NCBI GenBank assembly: GCA_026770705.1 | Contig: JANJGN010000020.1 | Location: forward strand, 61,566,001-61,630,000 | Direction: 5' to 3' | Length of the DNA: 64,000 nucleotides | From: Isurus oxyrinchus | Lineage: Eukaryota | Part shown: positions 14,095 to 26,430 of the stretch, one piece after another | Position numbering within the stretch: the first letter of the stretch is position 1 | Layout of the letters: every line of letters begins with the position of its first letter | Position numbers and translations under genes: made by a program | Notes under the pieces: model-generated | What the model was told of the DNA's origin: nothing | What the model saw: the letters and a program-made list of their open reading frames with translations, nothing else | The model's database searches: none

Positions 14095-14293
14095 AGGGAG
14101 AATTCTGTGCTCTTTCCCCCGCATGTGTGAAAGGACGCACTCCCCGACTCAGGCAACCTGCCACCTGCCTGCACAGGGAGCACTCAGTGCTTCTGGGCAT
14201 GTGGCACACTGGGCAGGCCCGCCCATGTAGATGGGGGCGCCCGCCCGTGCCTGCCCCTGCACAACCCCCCCCAACAGGGAGAAAATTCTCCCC
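14095..14293. mobile_element. Short Harbinger-like MITE
   Basis: Ends AGGGAGAATTCT / AAAATTCTCCCC resemble the other MITE TIRs and the interior is GC-rich. The TSD is not conserved. Confidence 0.5.
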
Positions 14294-14299
14294 ATAATA

Positions 14300-15210
14300 A
14301 TCTGCCGCTCTTCACAACCACTCAACCCCAGAATAGCAGGACCATTTATTTCAGTGATGTAGAACGTACAGTTAACATCTTTTTCCTTTACGTGCCCCTT
14401 TGATGTGGGTTGTTTCTAGCTGTCGAATCTTAGTTTCTCTTTATTCCCTACATTGTTTGGTTTCAGAACACCTTTCTTTGAATGACCATTTTTATCCAAA
14501 TTTTCAGAAAAGATCTTCTGGTATATTCTGAGTGGGCTGATGTTATTCTGCACTCCTGTATCAATCTTCACCTTCAGATTTATCGTTGTTGGCTTTTCTC
14601 TCACCCGATTCCTGATCTGAATGGTTGTCTGAATTATTTTTCTCTGGGAACAGTCGCATCCAGCTGTTGTATTGTTCCTACATCTATTGTGTTCTCAAAT
14701 TCACCATCATTCAGGGTATGAATGTTTTGGTTTCTTTTCTGGTCCATTCCCCCAGTTGGTCTGGCTCTGGTGTCTCATCTACTACCTTCTCCTTTGTTCT
14801 GTACATCTTTGCCCAATGATTGATCTTTCCACAAGCTCTGCAGATTGATCTATATGCAGGACATTTACTTCTATCTATGAATTCGTGTATTTGTTCACAT
14901 CTCCTGCATGTCTTTCTCTCTGTTTGTTGTACATTCTTTAATTTCTGCTGCACTACATCAAACCTGCTGCCTTCCTTTTGGCTTAACTAAAGGCTAGTCA
15001 TTTGGGTAGTCAGTGTCTTCTGCCTGCTCATGGCTTTGTATGCTGTGCCAGTGTCTACAGCCAGATATTGTGAGCTCATCCTACCAACTTAGCACTTTAT
15101 GTACTTCAGGGTGTGGTGTGCAGAATCCCACATTAGTTGATCTATCAGCCTTTTTTCTGTGTCCTTAAGTTTATATTTTCTAGCTGCATTTTCTAATCGT
15201 GTTACAAAAT
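14300..15210 (-). pseudogene. Gypsy LTR-retrotransposon gag/protease remnant
   Basis: Minus-strand ORF pieces include zinc-knuckle-like CRRCEQIH...KCPAYRSICRACGKINHWAKM and aspartic protease LKVKIDTGVQNNI. No LTRs seen. Confidence 0.75.
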
Positions 15211-15214
15211 AATC

Positions 15215-16470
15215 AAATCATGTTTAACCAATTTATTGGAGATCTTTGAAGAAGCTGTGGATGAAGGGGAGCCTGTAGACATACTGTACTCGGATTTCCA
15301 GAAGGCATTTGATAAGGTACCACAGCAAAGGTCATTGTGGAAAATAAAAGCTCATGGTATAGGAGGTAACATATTAACATGGATAGAAGATTGGCTGGCT
15401 GGCAAAAAACAGAGTATGCATAAATGGGTCTTTTTCTGATTAGCAGGATGTGACGAGTGGCGTCCTGCAGGGGTCTGTGCTGGGGCCTCAGATTTTTACA
15501 ATTCATATCAATGACTTATATGAGAGGAGTGAAGGCATGGTAGTTAACTTTGCAGATGACACAAAGATTGGTAGGAAAATATATTGTGAAGAGGACATAG
15601 GAGGCTGCAGACAGATATAGATAGGTTGAGTGAGTGGGCAAAAATCTGATCGATGGAGTATAATGTTGGAAAATGTGAAGTTGTTCACTTTGGCAGGAAG
15701 AATAAAAAGCAGAGTATCACTTAAATGGAGAAGGGCTACAGAATTCTGAGGTGCAGAGGGATCTAGGTATTCCAATGCATGAGTCTCAAAAATTTAGTTT
15801 GCAGGCACATCAAGTAATTAAGAAGGCTAATGGAATGCGATCCTTTATTATGAGAGGAATTGAACATAAAAGTAAGGATGTTATGCTTCAGTTATACGGG
15901 GCACTGGTGAGGCCACATATGAAATACTGTGTGCAGTATTGGGTCTCCTTATTTAAGGAAGGATGTAAATGCATTGGAGGCAGTTCAGAGGAGGTTTACT
16001 CGATTGATGCCTGGAATGAGCCGGTTGGCTGATGATGAAAGGTTGGACAGACTGCGTTTGTTTCCACCGGAGTTTAGAAGAGTGAGTGGTGCCTTGATAA
16101 AGTATATTAGATCCTGAATGGTCTTGACAAGATGGACGTGGAAAGGATGTTTCCTATTGTGGGTGAGTTCAGGACTAGAGAGCACTGTTTTAAAATTAGA
16201 AGTTGCCCTTTTAGGACAGAGATGAGAATTTTTTTCTCTCAGAGGGTCACGTGACTTTGGAATTCTGCCTTAGAAGGCAGTATAGGTGGGATTATTGAAT
16301 ATTTTTAAGGCGACAATAGATAGATTCTTGTTAGGCAGGGGAATCAAAGGTTATTGGAGGTAGATGGGAATCCAAAACACAAACAGATCTGCTGTGTCTT
16401 ATTGAATGGCGATGCAGGCTCCAGTGGCCGAATGGCCTACTTCTCCTATTTTGAATATTCGTATGTTTGT
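15215..16470 (+). mobile_element. CR1 LINE, 5'-truncated, frameshifted RT plus 3' UTR
   Basis: Motifs DFQKAFDKVP, QGSVLGP, NFADDTKIG and SPYLRKDVNALEAVQRRFTRL are spread over several frames. Confidence 0.9.
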
Positions 16471-17429
16471 AAATGAAGCACACACAATCTTGGTCACTTT
16501 CAGATAATGATCCATAAAAATATATTGAAATTGTTATAACACAGAAGCAAGTCATTTGGTCCAACCAGTTCTGCTGACAATTATCCTCCTGATGAATAGT
16601 TCTAATCACATTTACTGACCTTGTTCTGATAGACCTTTATCCATTTTCCTTCATCCACCTATCCAATCTAATCTTGAACGTTGACCTAGCTTTTGCTACT
16701 AACCCTAGAAACCAACTCCATAGCTTCACAACTCTTTGAGTGGAAGTTTCTCCTTTTTGTTCTATATCTCTTATACTTTGTATCAATGACCACTTGTTCT
16801 TGAGCCTTTAACTACTTAAAACTGTACACTTCTATTTATGCTGTCTTCCTAACTTTAAACACATATAATATCTTCCCCATAATTTTTGTTGTTCTGCTCA
16901 AAAAGCCCCAGTTTTTCAATTCTGAATGATGTTCCAGTGGAGCTTTCCTTGCTCTTACATTATGCTATTAGCAATATTGAACTAAACCATTAGAAGCACT
17001 AACACAACACCAATTTAATTTGTTAATTGAATCCATTTTGTCTGCCTGTGTTGTAACTGTGTCTTTGTTCAGAGTTCAGTTGAAGGGGAGCTTCTGTCTT
17101 TACTGCAATATGTATCTTTTTTCAAAATGTGTGCATCTTGTGTTTTTTCCAGATGATACTTGTGATGATGGCAAAACTTGGCAGGGAGAGAAAGATACTC
17201 TTTGTAAAGAAGTTGCATAGGCTGGTTCTTTCTGCCTGTTTCCACAAAGTTTAGCAAAGCACAACCAGTGTGACCCAGGGAAATGGTGTTGTGATCAAAT
17301 AAAAACAGAGCTCTAAAATAACCAGTTACAATTTTCAAAAGCAACCAAGAATTAAGTTGTATAGTCATAGCATTAATGCCGAATGATAGAGCTTTAAGTG
17401 GTTTTTAAGATGTGACCAATTTTATTAAA

Positions 17430-17815
17430 TGCAGTGTATTTGGATTTTCAGAACCCGTTTGTTAAGGTGACTCTCACTAGGCTTATAAATGCGCAGGCAT
17501 ATGGTGTGAAAAGAAATGTGGTGACATAGACTTTAGCCAGTCAACAGGCATGAAGAGATGAATGTTTTGGACGAGGTATTGCACAGGGGCCAATGCCAAT
17601 TCTATTCTTGTTCTCGATAAGAATTTGAATTTGATAAGAATAGCTGCACAATTTCCAAATTTGTTGAAGGCACAAATTTAAGGAGTTGGCCAACAACAAA
17701 GCCGATAGTTAAAATAACCTTCAGGAGGATATGGACAGATTAATGGAATGGGCAGACAGGTGGCAGCTGTAAATTAATGCAGAGAAATAATGCATTTTTA
17801 GAGGATAGTTAGGAT
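17430..17815 (+). mobile_element. Old CR1 RT fragment interrupted by a Harbinger-type element
   Basis: Degenerate YLDFQ.PF.KV and LQEDMDRLMEWADRWQL motifs, cut at the GAT TSD of the 17816 element. Confidence 0.55.
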
Positions 17816-18734
17816 GGACAGAATCATCCCAGATTTGCACTAAGTGCGGTAGCAGGCGTGAAAAAAGATATTTTGACGGTGGGTTTTCACGCCATATCAT
17901 CCCCTTCCTGCCTCACAAATTATGCAGTCACAGGAAACATGCTGGATCGCTGGCGACAGGCCTCCAATTCGCTCTGCATGCCGTTACCTTGCTGCTTCCT
18001 CACGCTGGGCGCCATATTTAAAATGCAGCCATGCGCACAATTCTCAATGCCTGAAGCCCAGAACTGCTTTGTTGAAGACATGGACCCAAAGCCAGGAAGA
18101 TTGCAGCCCCTCCGATTTAGTGATACATCCCTGGGACAGCTTCTGGACATCGTGGAGGCCTGTCGCGAAATCCTCTACCTCCGATCTGGCTGCAGGAGGC
18201 CCATCAGTCTCACCATTTCGGCTTGGGAGTTGGTGGCAGAGGTAGTCAGTGCACAGAAAGGGTCGACCATCCAGTGCAGAAAATGGATGGATTATCTCAT
18301 CCGTGCCGCCAGGGTAATTCAACCATCTCATCAATCTCAACTCACCCACTCACAAGCCCATCACACATTCACAGGCATCTTCCTCACTGCCAGCTCAAGG
18401 GACATCATCACTCACTCTCTCACACACACCCTCACATTTCCATCTGATCTCATCTCCTTTGGAGATTGCATCCTCATGCTGTTCATGGCTCCACTCAGCA
18501 CACACGCATGCCTGGCATTCTTCTCATTTGGCATACATCTTGATGAGATGCTAAAGTATTGAAATTAGGGTCCTGACATGCAGTGGTGGGAAACACGGCC
18601 CACCATTGACAGGTGGAGTGGACGATCAGAAACAGGTTTCATGACAGCGTGATACCGATTTTTGGCCTTCTCTCCATATCATTTGCTCACGCCCACAATC
18701 ACGCGCACTGCCAATGGAACATACGGTTCCACCC
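17816..18734 (+). mobile_element. Internally deleted Harbinger-type element (family B) retaining Myb/SANT exon 1
   Basis: Ends GGACAGAATCAT...GGTTCCACCC with TSD GAT (17813-17815, 18735-18737). The left ~720 bp and right ~190 bp match the two ends of 23221-26939. Confidence 0.85.
18080..18313 (+). pseudogene. Myb/SANT-like DNA-binding domain exon (Harbinger ORF1 type)
   Basis: Open 78-codon exon MDPKPGRLQPLRFSDTSLGQLLDIVEACREILY...AWELVAEVVSA...IQCRKWMDYLIRAAR|gtaatt, matching the RFS..L..V...W..VA..VSA...QCRK pattern of Harbinger Myb proteins. Downstream exons are deleted. Confidence 0.8.
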
Positions 18735-19309
18735 GATGGAAATATACCAGTGCCCCAGAGGAGAGACTTCCACCCACTTGCAACACTGACCCTCTGTAAA
18801 ACATTAAATACAACTCATTTATATATTCTCTGACATTTCTATAAAACAACTCCCTTGTAACTCAAAAGTAGTGTGCCTGGAGGAGGCGGTGGGAACTACT
18901 GATACAGTCTTTAAATGACAAGAAATGGCTGAGGAACTTTTTGCAAGATTTATTTGACAGTCAGGCAGTTATAATAGATAACTCGTGTGATTTTGTGCCA
19001 CTTTTGAAGAACATCTGCTGCAGTTGTGGGAGGAGGACACTGGAACAAAGCAAAAAAAAGGCACAAAATTGTAATAGGCTGACCTTCAGATCCTCTCAGA
19101 TAATTGCAGAAAACGAGAGAAAGATTGCTGGTGTTCATGAGGGAAAACCACAGAAATAGTGTCCTACGCACCATTCATGTGAACATGAGGAAAGAGGAGC
19201 AATGGCAGTGATTACAAAGGGAAACAGTTAAACAGGTCAGAACACTTCATTAATAAATGGCATTCTGATACACCACGCAAGATACCATGTGGAGGAGTCC
19301 TCTCAAGCC

Positions 19310-20615
19310 GCCTTTCCAAGAATCTTCATGGTTTTGTGAAAGGGAAATCATGTTTAACCAACTTATTGGAAATCTTTGAGGAAGTAACATGTGCTGTGGA
19401 TAAAGGGTGGATGTGGATGCACTGTACTTAGATTTCCAGAAGGCATTTGATAAAGTGCCACATCAAAGGTTATTGCACAAAATAAAAGCTCATAGTGTAG
19501 GGAGTAAAATATTGGCATGGATAGAAGATTGGCTGGCTAACTGGAAGCAGAGAGAAGACATAAATGGATCTTTTTCGGATTGGCAAGATATAACAAGTGG
19601 CATGCCACAGGGAACAGTGCTGGGATCTGAACTATTTACAATTTATATAAATGACTTGGATGAAGGGATTGAAGGCATAGTTGCCAAATTTGCTGATGAC
19701 ACAAAGATAGGTAGGAAAGTAAGTTGTGAGGAGGACATAAGGAGGCTACAAATAGATATAGATAGGTTAAGTAAGTGGGCAAAGATCTGGCAGATGGAGT
19801 TTAATGTGGGAAAATGTGAAATTGTCCATTTTGGCAGGAAGAATGGAAGAGAAGCATTTTATGTAAATGGTGAGAGATTGCAGAGCTCTGAGGTGCAGAT
19901 GGATCTGGGTGCCCTAGTGCATGAATCACAACAGGCTAGTAGGCAAGTACAGCAAGTAATTAGGAAAGCTAATAGAATGTTATCATTTATTGCGAGAGGA
20001 ATTAAATGCAGAAGTAGGGAGATTGTGCTTCAGTTGTACAGGGCACTAGTGAGACCACATTTGGAGCACTGTGTACAGTATTGGTCGCCTTATTTAAGGA
20101 AGGATGTAAATGCATCAGAAGCAGTTCAGAGAAGGCTTACCAGACTAATACCTGAAATGGGTGGGTTGTCTTATGGAAAGGTTGGACAGACTATACTTGT
20201 ATCCACTGGAAGTTTAGAAGAGTAAGAGGCGACTTGATTGGAACATATAAGATCCTGAGGGGTCTTGAAAGGGTGGCTATGGGGAGGATGTTTCCTCTTG
20301 TGGGAGAATCTAGAACTAGGAGTTATTGTTTAAAAATAAGGGGTCACTCATTTAAAACAAAAATTAGGCAAAACCTTTTTCACTCAGAGGGTCGTGAGCC
20401 TTTGGAAGTCCTTTCCTGAAAATGTGATGGAAGCAGAATCTTTGAATATTTTTAAGGCAGAGGTGGATAGATTCTTAGTAAGCAAGGAGGTGATAGGTTA
20501 TCAGGGGTAGGTGGGATGCAGATTTCAGGCTACTATCAGATCAGCCATGATTTATTAAATGGCTGAGCAGGCTTAAGGGGCTGAGTGGCCTACTCCTGCT
20601 CCTTGTTCGTATGTC
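19310..20615 (+). mobile_element. CR1 LINE, 5'-truncated; RT open for 272 codons (19407-20225)
   Basis: YLDFQKAFDKVPHQRLL, GMPQGTVLG, KFADDTKIG and YRALVRPHLEHCVQYWSPYLRKD, followed by the CR1 3' UTR. Confidence 0.92.
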
Positions 20616-22833
20616 CAAACCTTTTTGGACTTCAGGCGACTGCTTTGCAGATTGATACTTGACAGCATTTTACTGTCTCACTACATTTATTGATATAGTG
20701 GAAGCACTCCTATTAGGCCTCTATAGTTCTGTCAACACTTGTAAAAACATACACCTCATTGTCATGTTCCTCAGCTGCTGTTCTTTCAGCTTGTAGATGG
20801 ATCATGATCTATGGCAGCAAGACAACAAGCTATCCAGTTAACACAGAATCTTCCTTGAAGAAATTATGTGGAGCAGAATTTTTTGTTTTTCTCTTTTTGT
20901 ATCAAAAACATTTATAATTTAAAAATTTCTTCAGGTTGAAGATTTGGTGATGAGGGGTCATCAATTTAAAATTGCTGCTGAGAGTAAGGAAAAAGGTTAG
21001 GAAAATGAAGTACTTAGAGAATTGTTAAGAGCCTGGAATGCCTTTGTCATAGTTGATGCACAGACTAATGTATCTTTTAGGGGAAAAGCAAATAACTATT
21101 TGAAGCAGAGAAAAATACAAGGTTATGGCGAGAAGAAAAGGTGGTAAGATTAGTTTTGGATTGCACTTCCAAAGAGCCAACACTGATATAGACCTGTTTG
21201 TAAGATTCTATGTCCCTATTCTGATACTAACCCTCTTCAGTGTTACTAACAATGATTTTAATTTAACACTTCTGAGTTCCTTCTTTAGTTTCTAACACAT
21301 TCATGAACATTAGGACTGATTATGCAATCTGGAATGGAATTGGCTCAGTTGGCTGATTTCTGTAATGTTCTAATACAGTTTAAATCTGTAATCCCATTGT
21401 AACCTTACATAACTGCTATTAAAAGCCATTTATTTTTCAACTATAATTGTTGATGTCTAGCCCAATTTTGCTACCATGTCAAGCTACAATAGTTTCATAC
21501 ATACGAACGAATGTGAAAATATTAGTAGTATGCCAAAGAGCAGAAGATAATACATGATGACAGGTTATGTCTTTCAGTCAACTTTCTGATCCTCAGTTCC
21601 CCAGTGTAATGCAGACATGTGAATGTTATCGTTTTTGATCGTGTGACTGACCATACTTTTGCACTTCTAAAACAGTACTTCCTTCATCTCATATATGAAA
21701 CAATAGTGATGGGGGACCAGTATGTTGAGGTATCTTTAAATGTGAAAGGATGGTTGAGACTCAGTCAAAGCACAGGATACCTTAAACCTCAAGCCAAACC
21801 AATTGCATCAGTTTGAGAACAACACAACTTGGGAGTTGTCTAGTAATTGACATGGCAGCCATTTGTTCCTTTTCTGAGCGAGAGTTAATCTTTTTCTGTG
21901 CATATAGCCTGTGGTTTACAAGTGACATTATAACCACTAAACAGATGGTTTGATAAACAGTACAGATTTTCTAAATTGTAAATAGGTCTGTGCCATATTT
22001 TACTTGTATCCTCTGCCCACATGTTGGGCTCCATGAAGTTCATCAACCTTGAAAATAGCACAAGCACCAGACCTCACTTCTCTTTTTGACTCCTGCCTGA
22101 GTGCTGTTATGTTGTACCGTTAATGAGCTGAAATACTTATTAAGGCAATGAATGTCCCTGACATTGTTTTAACTAACTCACTCAGACAATGACATAGTGA
22201 GCTAGAGGATGGTCAACCTATGAAACTTGAAAAAGCTGATAAATCAACCCCAAAAAACCCAACACAAACCCCAAAACAAGTTGTGAAAACCCATCTCCAA
22301 TTTCCCCTTCTTCTCCTTCTCTGCTTCACTGTCTCCCAAGTTCCCCCCAAACCTTCGAACCCTCAACCTTCATCACTTTGCAGTTTCTGCCCATTGTCCC
22401 TCACTCTTTCCAAACTATTAATTTTCATGAGACCAACCTCCTGTTTCCTTGATCAAAAGAACTGAAGGGGCCAGCTGGGTGCATTATGGAATATATTCTA
22501 TATTTTCTTGTATTCATTATATCGCTGTAAGTTGATTCCCTTCCTTAGGTGCATCAGGCTGTCTCACCCTTACATTATATCAACTGCACTTCGACACCCC
22601 TCCTCAGCACTGAATTGATCCCAACACAACACCTGACTTCACCAATCATCATCAAAAGAACAAGCAGAATCACATTTAAACCAGGAAGCTCACTTTCAGA
22701 TCTGTAATGTTCAGCCAATAGTTATTGTGGAATAGTCAGCTTATTTATTTTTTTAATTTAAAAACATTGCCCAGGTTTAAGCAGGCTCATATGAGTAAAG
22801 CAGCTCCTGCCTTGATTTTTGCTGTTATAACAT

Positions 22834-22847
22834 CCACCAGGTGGTGT
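22834..22847 (+). promoter_or_regulatory. Candidate CTCF core motif
   Basis: CCACCAGGTGGTGT versus consensus CCACCAGGTGGCGC. Motif match only. Confidence 0.3.
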
Positions 22848-23493
22848 TTACCTGCTTCTGCCAAAATCAACTGCTGAAGAGAATAGAAAACACATCATTC
22901 CCTAGATAGAGCCAGACAAAGCCAGACTTTGTTAACCAAGTTAATCAAGGTATGTTTTGGGTTAACCTTGGAACAGTGCTGTCGGCAAACACAGATAAGG
23001 GACAGAAGTCTCCAAAGCCTTCAAGCCGCTGGTTTGCAAGTACATAACTGTGGTCACCAGGTAATGTCCCCAAATATAGCTGCTGCCCGCTAGTTTCCTG
23101 ATCCTATCTCCAGTTACTTCTGTGGATACCCTGACACAATTCAACCTGACATGCAAGCTGGAGCAATAACAACAACAATTTCTATACATTTTGATCAGCA
23201 AATGCTAATAACTGGACAATGGACAGAATTGTCCCAAATTTGCATTAAGTGCGGTAGCAGGGAAAAAGGACGTTTTACCTGTTGGCCGCAATGTCGGGTT
23301 TCCATATCGTATCATCCCAATCCCACCTCATTAATCATGCATTCCCAGGAAACATGCGGTTTCACTTGTGGGCAACCTCGATTCACCTGCCACATCGTCA
23401 CCTTGCCAATTCCTCACGCCAGGGGCCATATTTAAAGTGCAGCTGCACGCACACCTCTCAGCGCTTCTTGTCCAGGACTGCTGCACAGAAGAC

Positions 23494-25160
23494 TTGGCCC
23501 CAAAAGGCAAGAAGACTGATTCAGTGATGTGTCCCTGGAATGCCTTTTGGACATCGTGGAGGCCTGCTATGATGCCCTCTACCCCTGCTCTGGGCAAAGG
23601 CCAGCAAGCAAGATTACCAATCTCGCATGGGGAGTGGTAGCAGCGGTGGTCAGCGCCAATGCCCTACAAAAGAGGACAGCCACCCAGTGCAGAAAGAGGA
23701 TCTGTTACACTAGGGCAAGTCACTCTTCTCAGCACTGTCAATGCACATACTCACAAACTCATCTCATTTCCACAGATATCTCACACCACAACGAACAACA
23801 GCACTAACTCTGACCCACACCCTCACATCTCAATCAGGCTCTTATCCTCTGGAGCTAGCGTCCTCATCCCATCCATGACTCCACTCACCACACAAACATT
23901 TAATGCAGTGCCATGTGTCCTGCTCAAACTCTCTCCATCTGTTTTCATGCAGGAGAAGCTTGCTCAAAGCAGCAGGGAGAGGTCCCAGACAAGGGGTATT
24001 GTGGCCCACATTAGGCCCTTCCCTCACTTTAAGGAGCGTGCCATCATGCTGACTGGTGAGGATGTGGACTGTGCCTGCGGCGACAATGAGGTCGGCGGCA
24101 AACACACACTCGAGGATCCTGCACCATATCATCCCCCTCTCAATGCAACTGTGAGTGCTCTCTCTTCTGCTTTTGACTCTGCTGACATGTACTAAACGAA
24201 TCATCTCTAGTTTGCTCACAGGGAGCTCTGCCAAGTGACTGACACCCTCAGCCAGCCAGTCCCTCAGCTCCATCCTGGTCTGCACTCCAGCCAAGAGGGC
24301 ACCTCCTCCATTGAAAGCTGGAAATAAGCAGCCTGGAAGACCCATCACGGTGCTTACCCACACCTTCCACCAGCACAGAGAGTCACATGTTGGCGGGACC
24401 TAGATCTAGAGCAGGCTTAGATTCACAATCTGGTGGTCACTGCACGGACACGTGTCCGCTGCAGGAGGCAGGTTCAGCCGAGTTTACCGGCACTGAGAAG
24501 ATTGCTGGGGAAGAGGCATCTGTGAGGTCCAAGTCAGATAACAAGCCTCTGGATTTGGCCTTCAAACTCATTGTGCAGAGTCAGCAGAAGGCAGGGGAAC
24601 ACCATGCAGAGTTGTTGGAAGCCCCTCAACAGAGTGGCACACGAGTTGGAGGTGTGCATTTGCCTGCTTTCTGATGAAGTAGTGCCCACAAGTGTGTGGG
24701 AAGGATGCAGAACACAATGGAGACCCTGGTGCGTGCAGAACACGGGGATGCGTACAGACCTGCACTGAGTTCCTACAGAGGCAATATGAGAGGGAAACAG
24801 GGCACCTCAATGTCCCTCTCAAGGAGTCAGGCTGGGACCCTTGGGCAACCGAAGGGAGGAGGAGCAGCAGTTGGACACCCCTGGGTCATCCACTCAGGAA
24901 TCTCAAAGATTGTCCTCTCCCTCCAAGTCCCCTTTGCCTGTGACCCCCTTAACCTCTGTCAACACAAAGGGAGCAACTGACCCACAGGAGGACAGCCAGA
25001 GCAAGCCAGGCCCCCTAAGCCTCAGCCCTCCAGAGGACCCACACTGAAGTCACCAGAGGCAACAGGGCCAACCATTGCACAGGTTATCTCCACCCCTGCT
25101 GTGGATGTCAGGGCAGCACTTAGAAAAAGTGGTAAGCCTAGAAAAGTGAAGAATTTCTGA
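23494..25160 (+). pseudogene. Spliced Myb/SANT-like gene of the element (approx. exons 23494-23714, 23953-24150, 24222-25160), frameshifted
   Basis: Exon 1 is SLECLLDIVEAC...AWGVVAAVVSANALQKRTATQCRKR. Acceptor catgcag|EKLAQSSRERSQTRG, donor CT|gtgagt and acceptor ctcacag follow. The C-terminus is basic (RKSGKPRKVKNF*). Confidence 0.75.
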
Positions 25161-25889
25161 TCACAAGTGGTTGCACAAGTGAACACAATTTGTTGCTTTA
25201 TAATCTGAAAATATATTCACTTTCACTGAATAATGTGTAATGATGTCTTTCAGCTTCATTGACAGACTTTGTGATGGCCCATGAGTGATTCTGGAGGGAG
25301 AAATGTGTGTGTGTGGCATGGGTTTTCAGAGTCTCGTGCAAGCACTCTCTCACACGTGCAGATCCTTCCTCCATCACACTCATCCCAAAATTCCGGGCAT
25401 TTTCAATGCTGCCTGCGGTTGTTCTCTTTCAGTTTCCATCTGGGTTGACCTGCATCTCTGCCCACCCACTAATCATACTCCCATGCAGCATCTGTTCCCA
25501 TCCAACACGAGGCCACTTTTGATTTGCGAGATGCAACTGGTGAAGTATGACTTTAGTTTGCCCCATCAGTGTTGATGTCCTGGCATCACCTTCCACTTCC
25601 CCACTGTCACCAACCAGCCAGAACCCTTTTCCTTTGGGGATGTCCAGGTGAAAATGCACATTCACCTCCCCAACCTCCACATTCCCACCCTCAGCGTCTA
25701 TGTCTGCCTCCGAGGCCCCACCAACCACCCTCGCCGTCCCTTCTACTGCTTTCGTCGCCCTCCCACCCTACCAGCTCACTCTGCCCTCTCTCATTCTCAC
25801 CATTCACTCCTACCACACCCATCCTCATTTCACTCCGCAGGAGGCATTGACTCCACAGATCCCTCCTTTGCATGTTCACCTGGACATCC

Positions 25890-26430
25890 ACCCTGACCCC
25901 TCACTCCTCCTCCATCCTCACTCCTTCCTCCACCCTTACTTCTTCTTCCCCCTGGATTCCTTCCCCCCTCCAAACTCCTTCCACCCCAAACTCCTTCTTT
26001 TCCCCCAAACTACTTCTTCCCCCCGCCAGGCTCCTTCTTCCCCAAGACTCCCCCTGTGAACTCTTTCCTTCCACTTGACTCCTTCCTCCCCCCCAAAGTC
26101 CTGCCTTCCCCCCACTCTGAACTCCTTCCCCATTCCAAACTCCTTCCCTTACACCTTCCTCCCCACTTACATCTACCTCCCTAGTTGCTGCATTCTCCCC
26201 ATTACACCCTCCTCCCCTGTACTCCCTCCACTCCCTTTCACAACCTCTTCCCCGTGACACCATCATTATCCCCACCAATCTCACCCCACCCCGACACCAT
26301 CATTCCACCTTCCCATCTCACCTGCACCCAGTGCACTTTCCTCTCTCAGTCAAACCTAGACCTTCCCCTCCCACCCCTCCCCCCCATAACCTTTCTTTCC
26401 CACTCACCGCTGGACCTTCCTCTCCACCCC
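25890..26430 (+). repeat. Polypyrimidine tract with degenerate ~18-bp tandem repeat
   Basis: Recurrent ACTCCTTCC(C)n-type units with extreme strand asymmetry. A homologous purine-rich tract lies at 35775-36295. Confidence 0.75.

Noticed and set aside
19407-20225. 272-aa RT ORF as a host or domesticated gene
   Set aside because: Ordinary 5'-truncated CR1 with a frameshift before the C-terminus.
25890-26200. CRISPR-like array
   Set aside because: Degenerate contiguous tandem repeats with no unique spacers, eukaryotic context and no cas genes.
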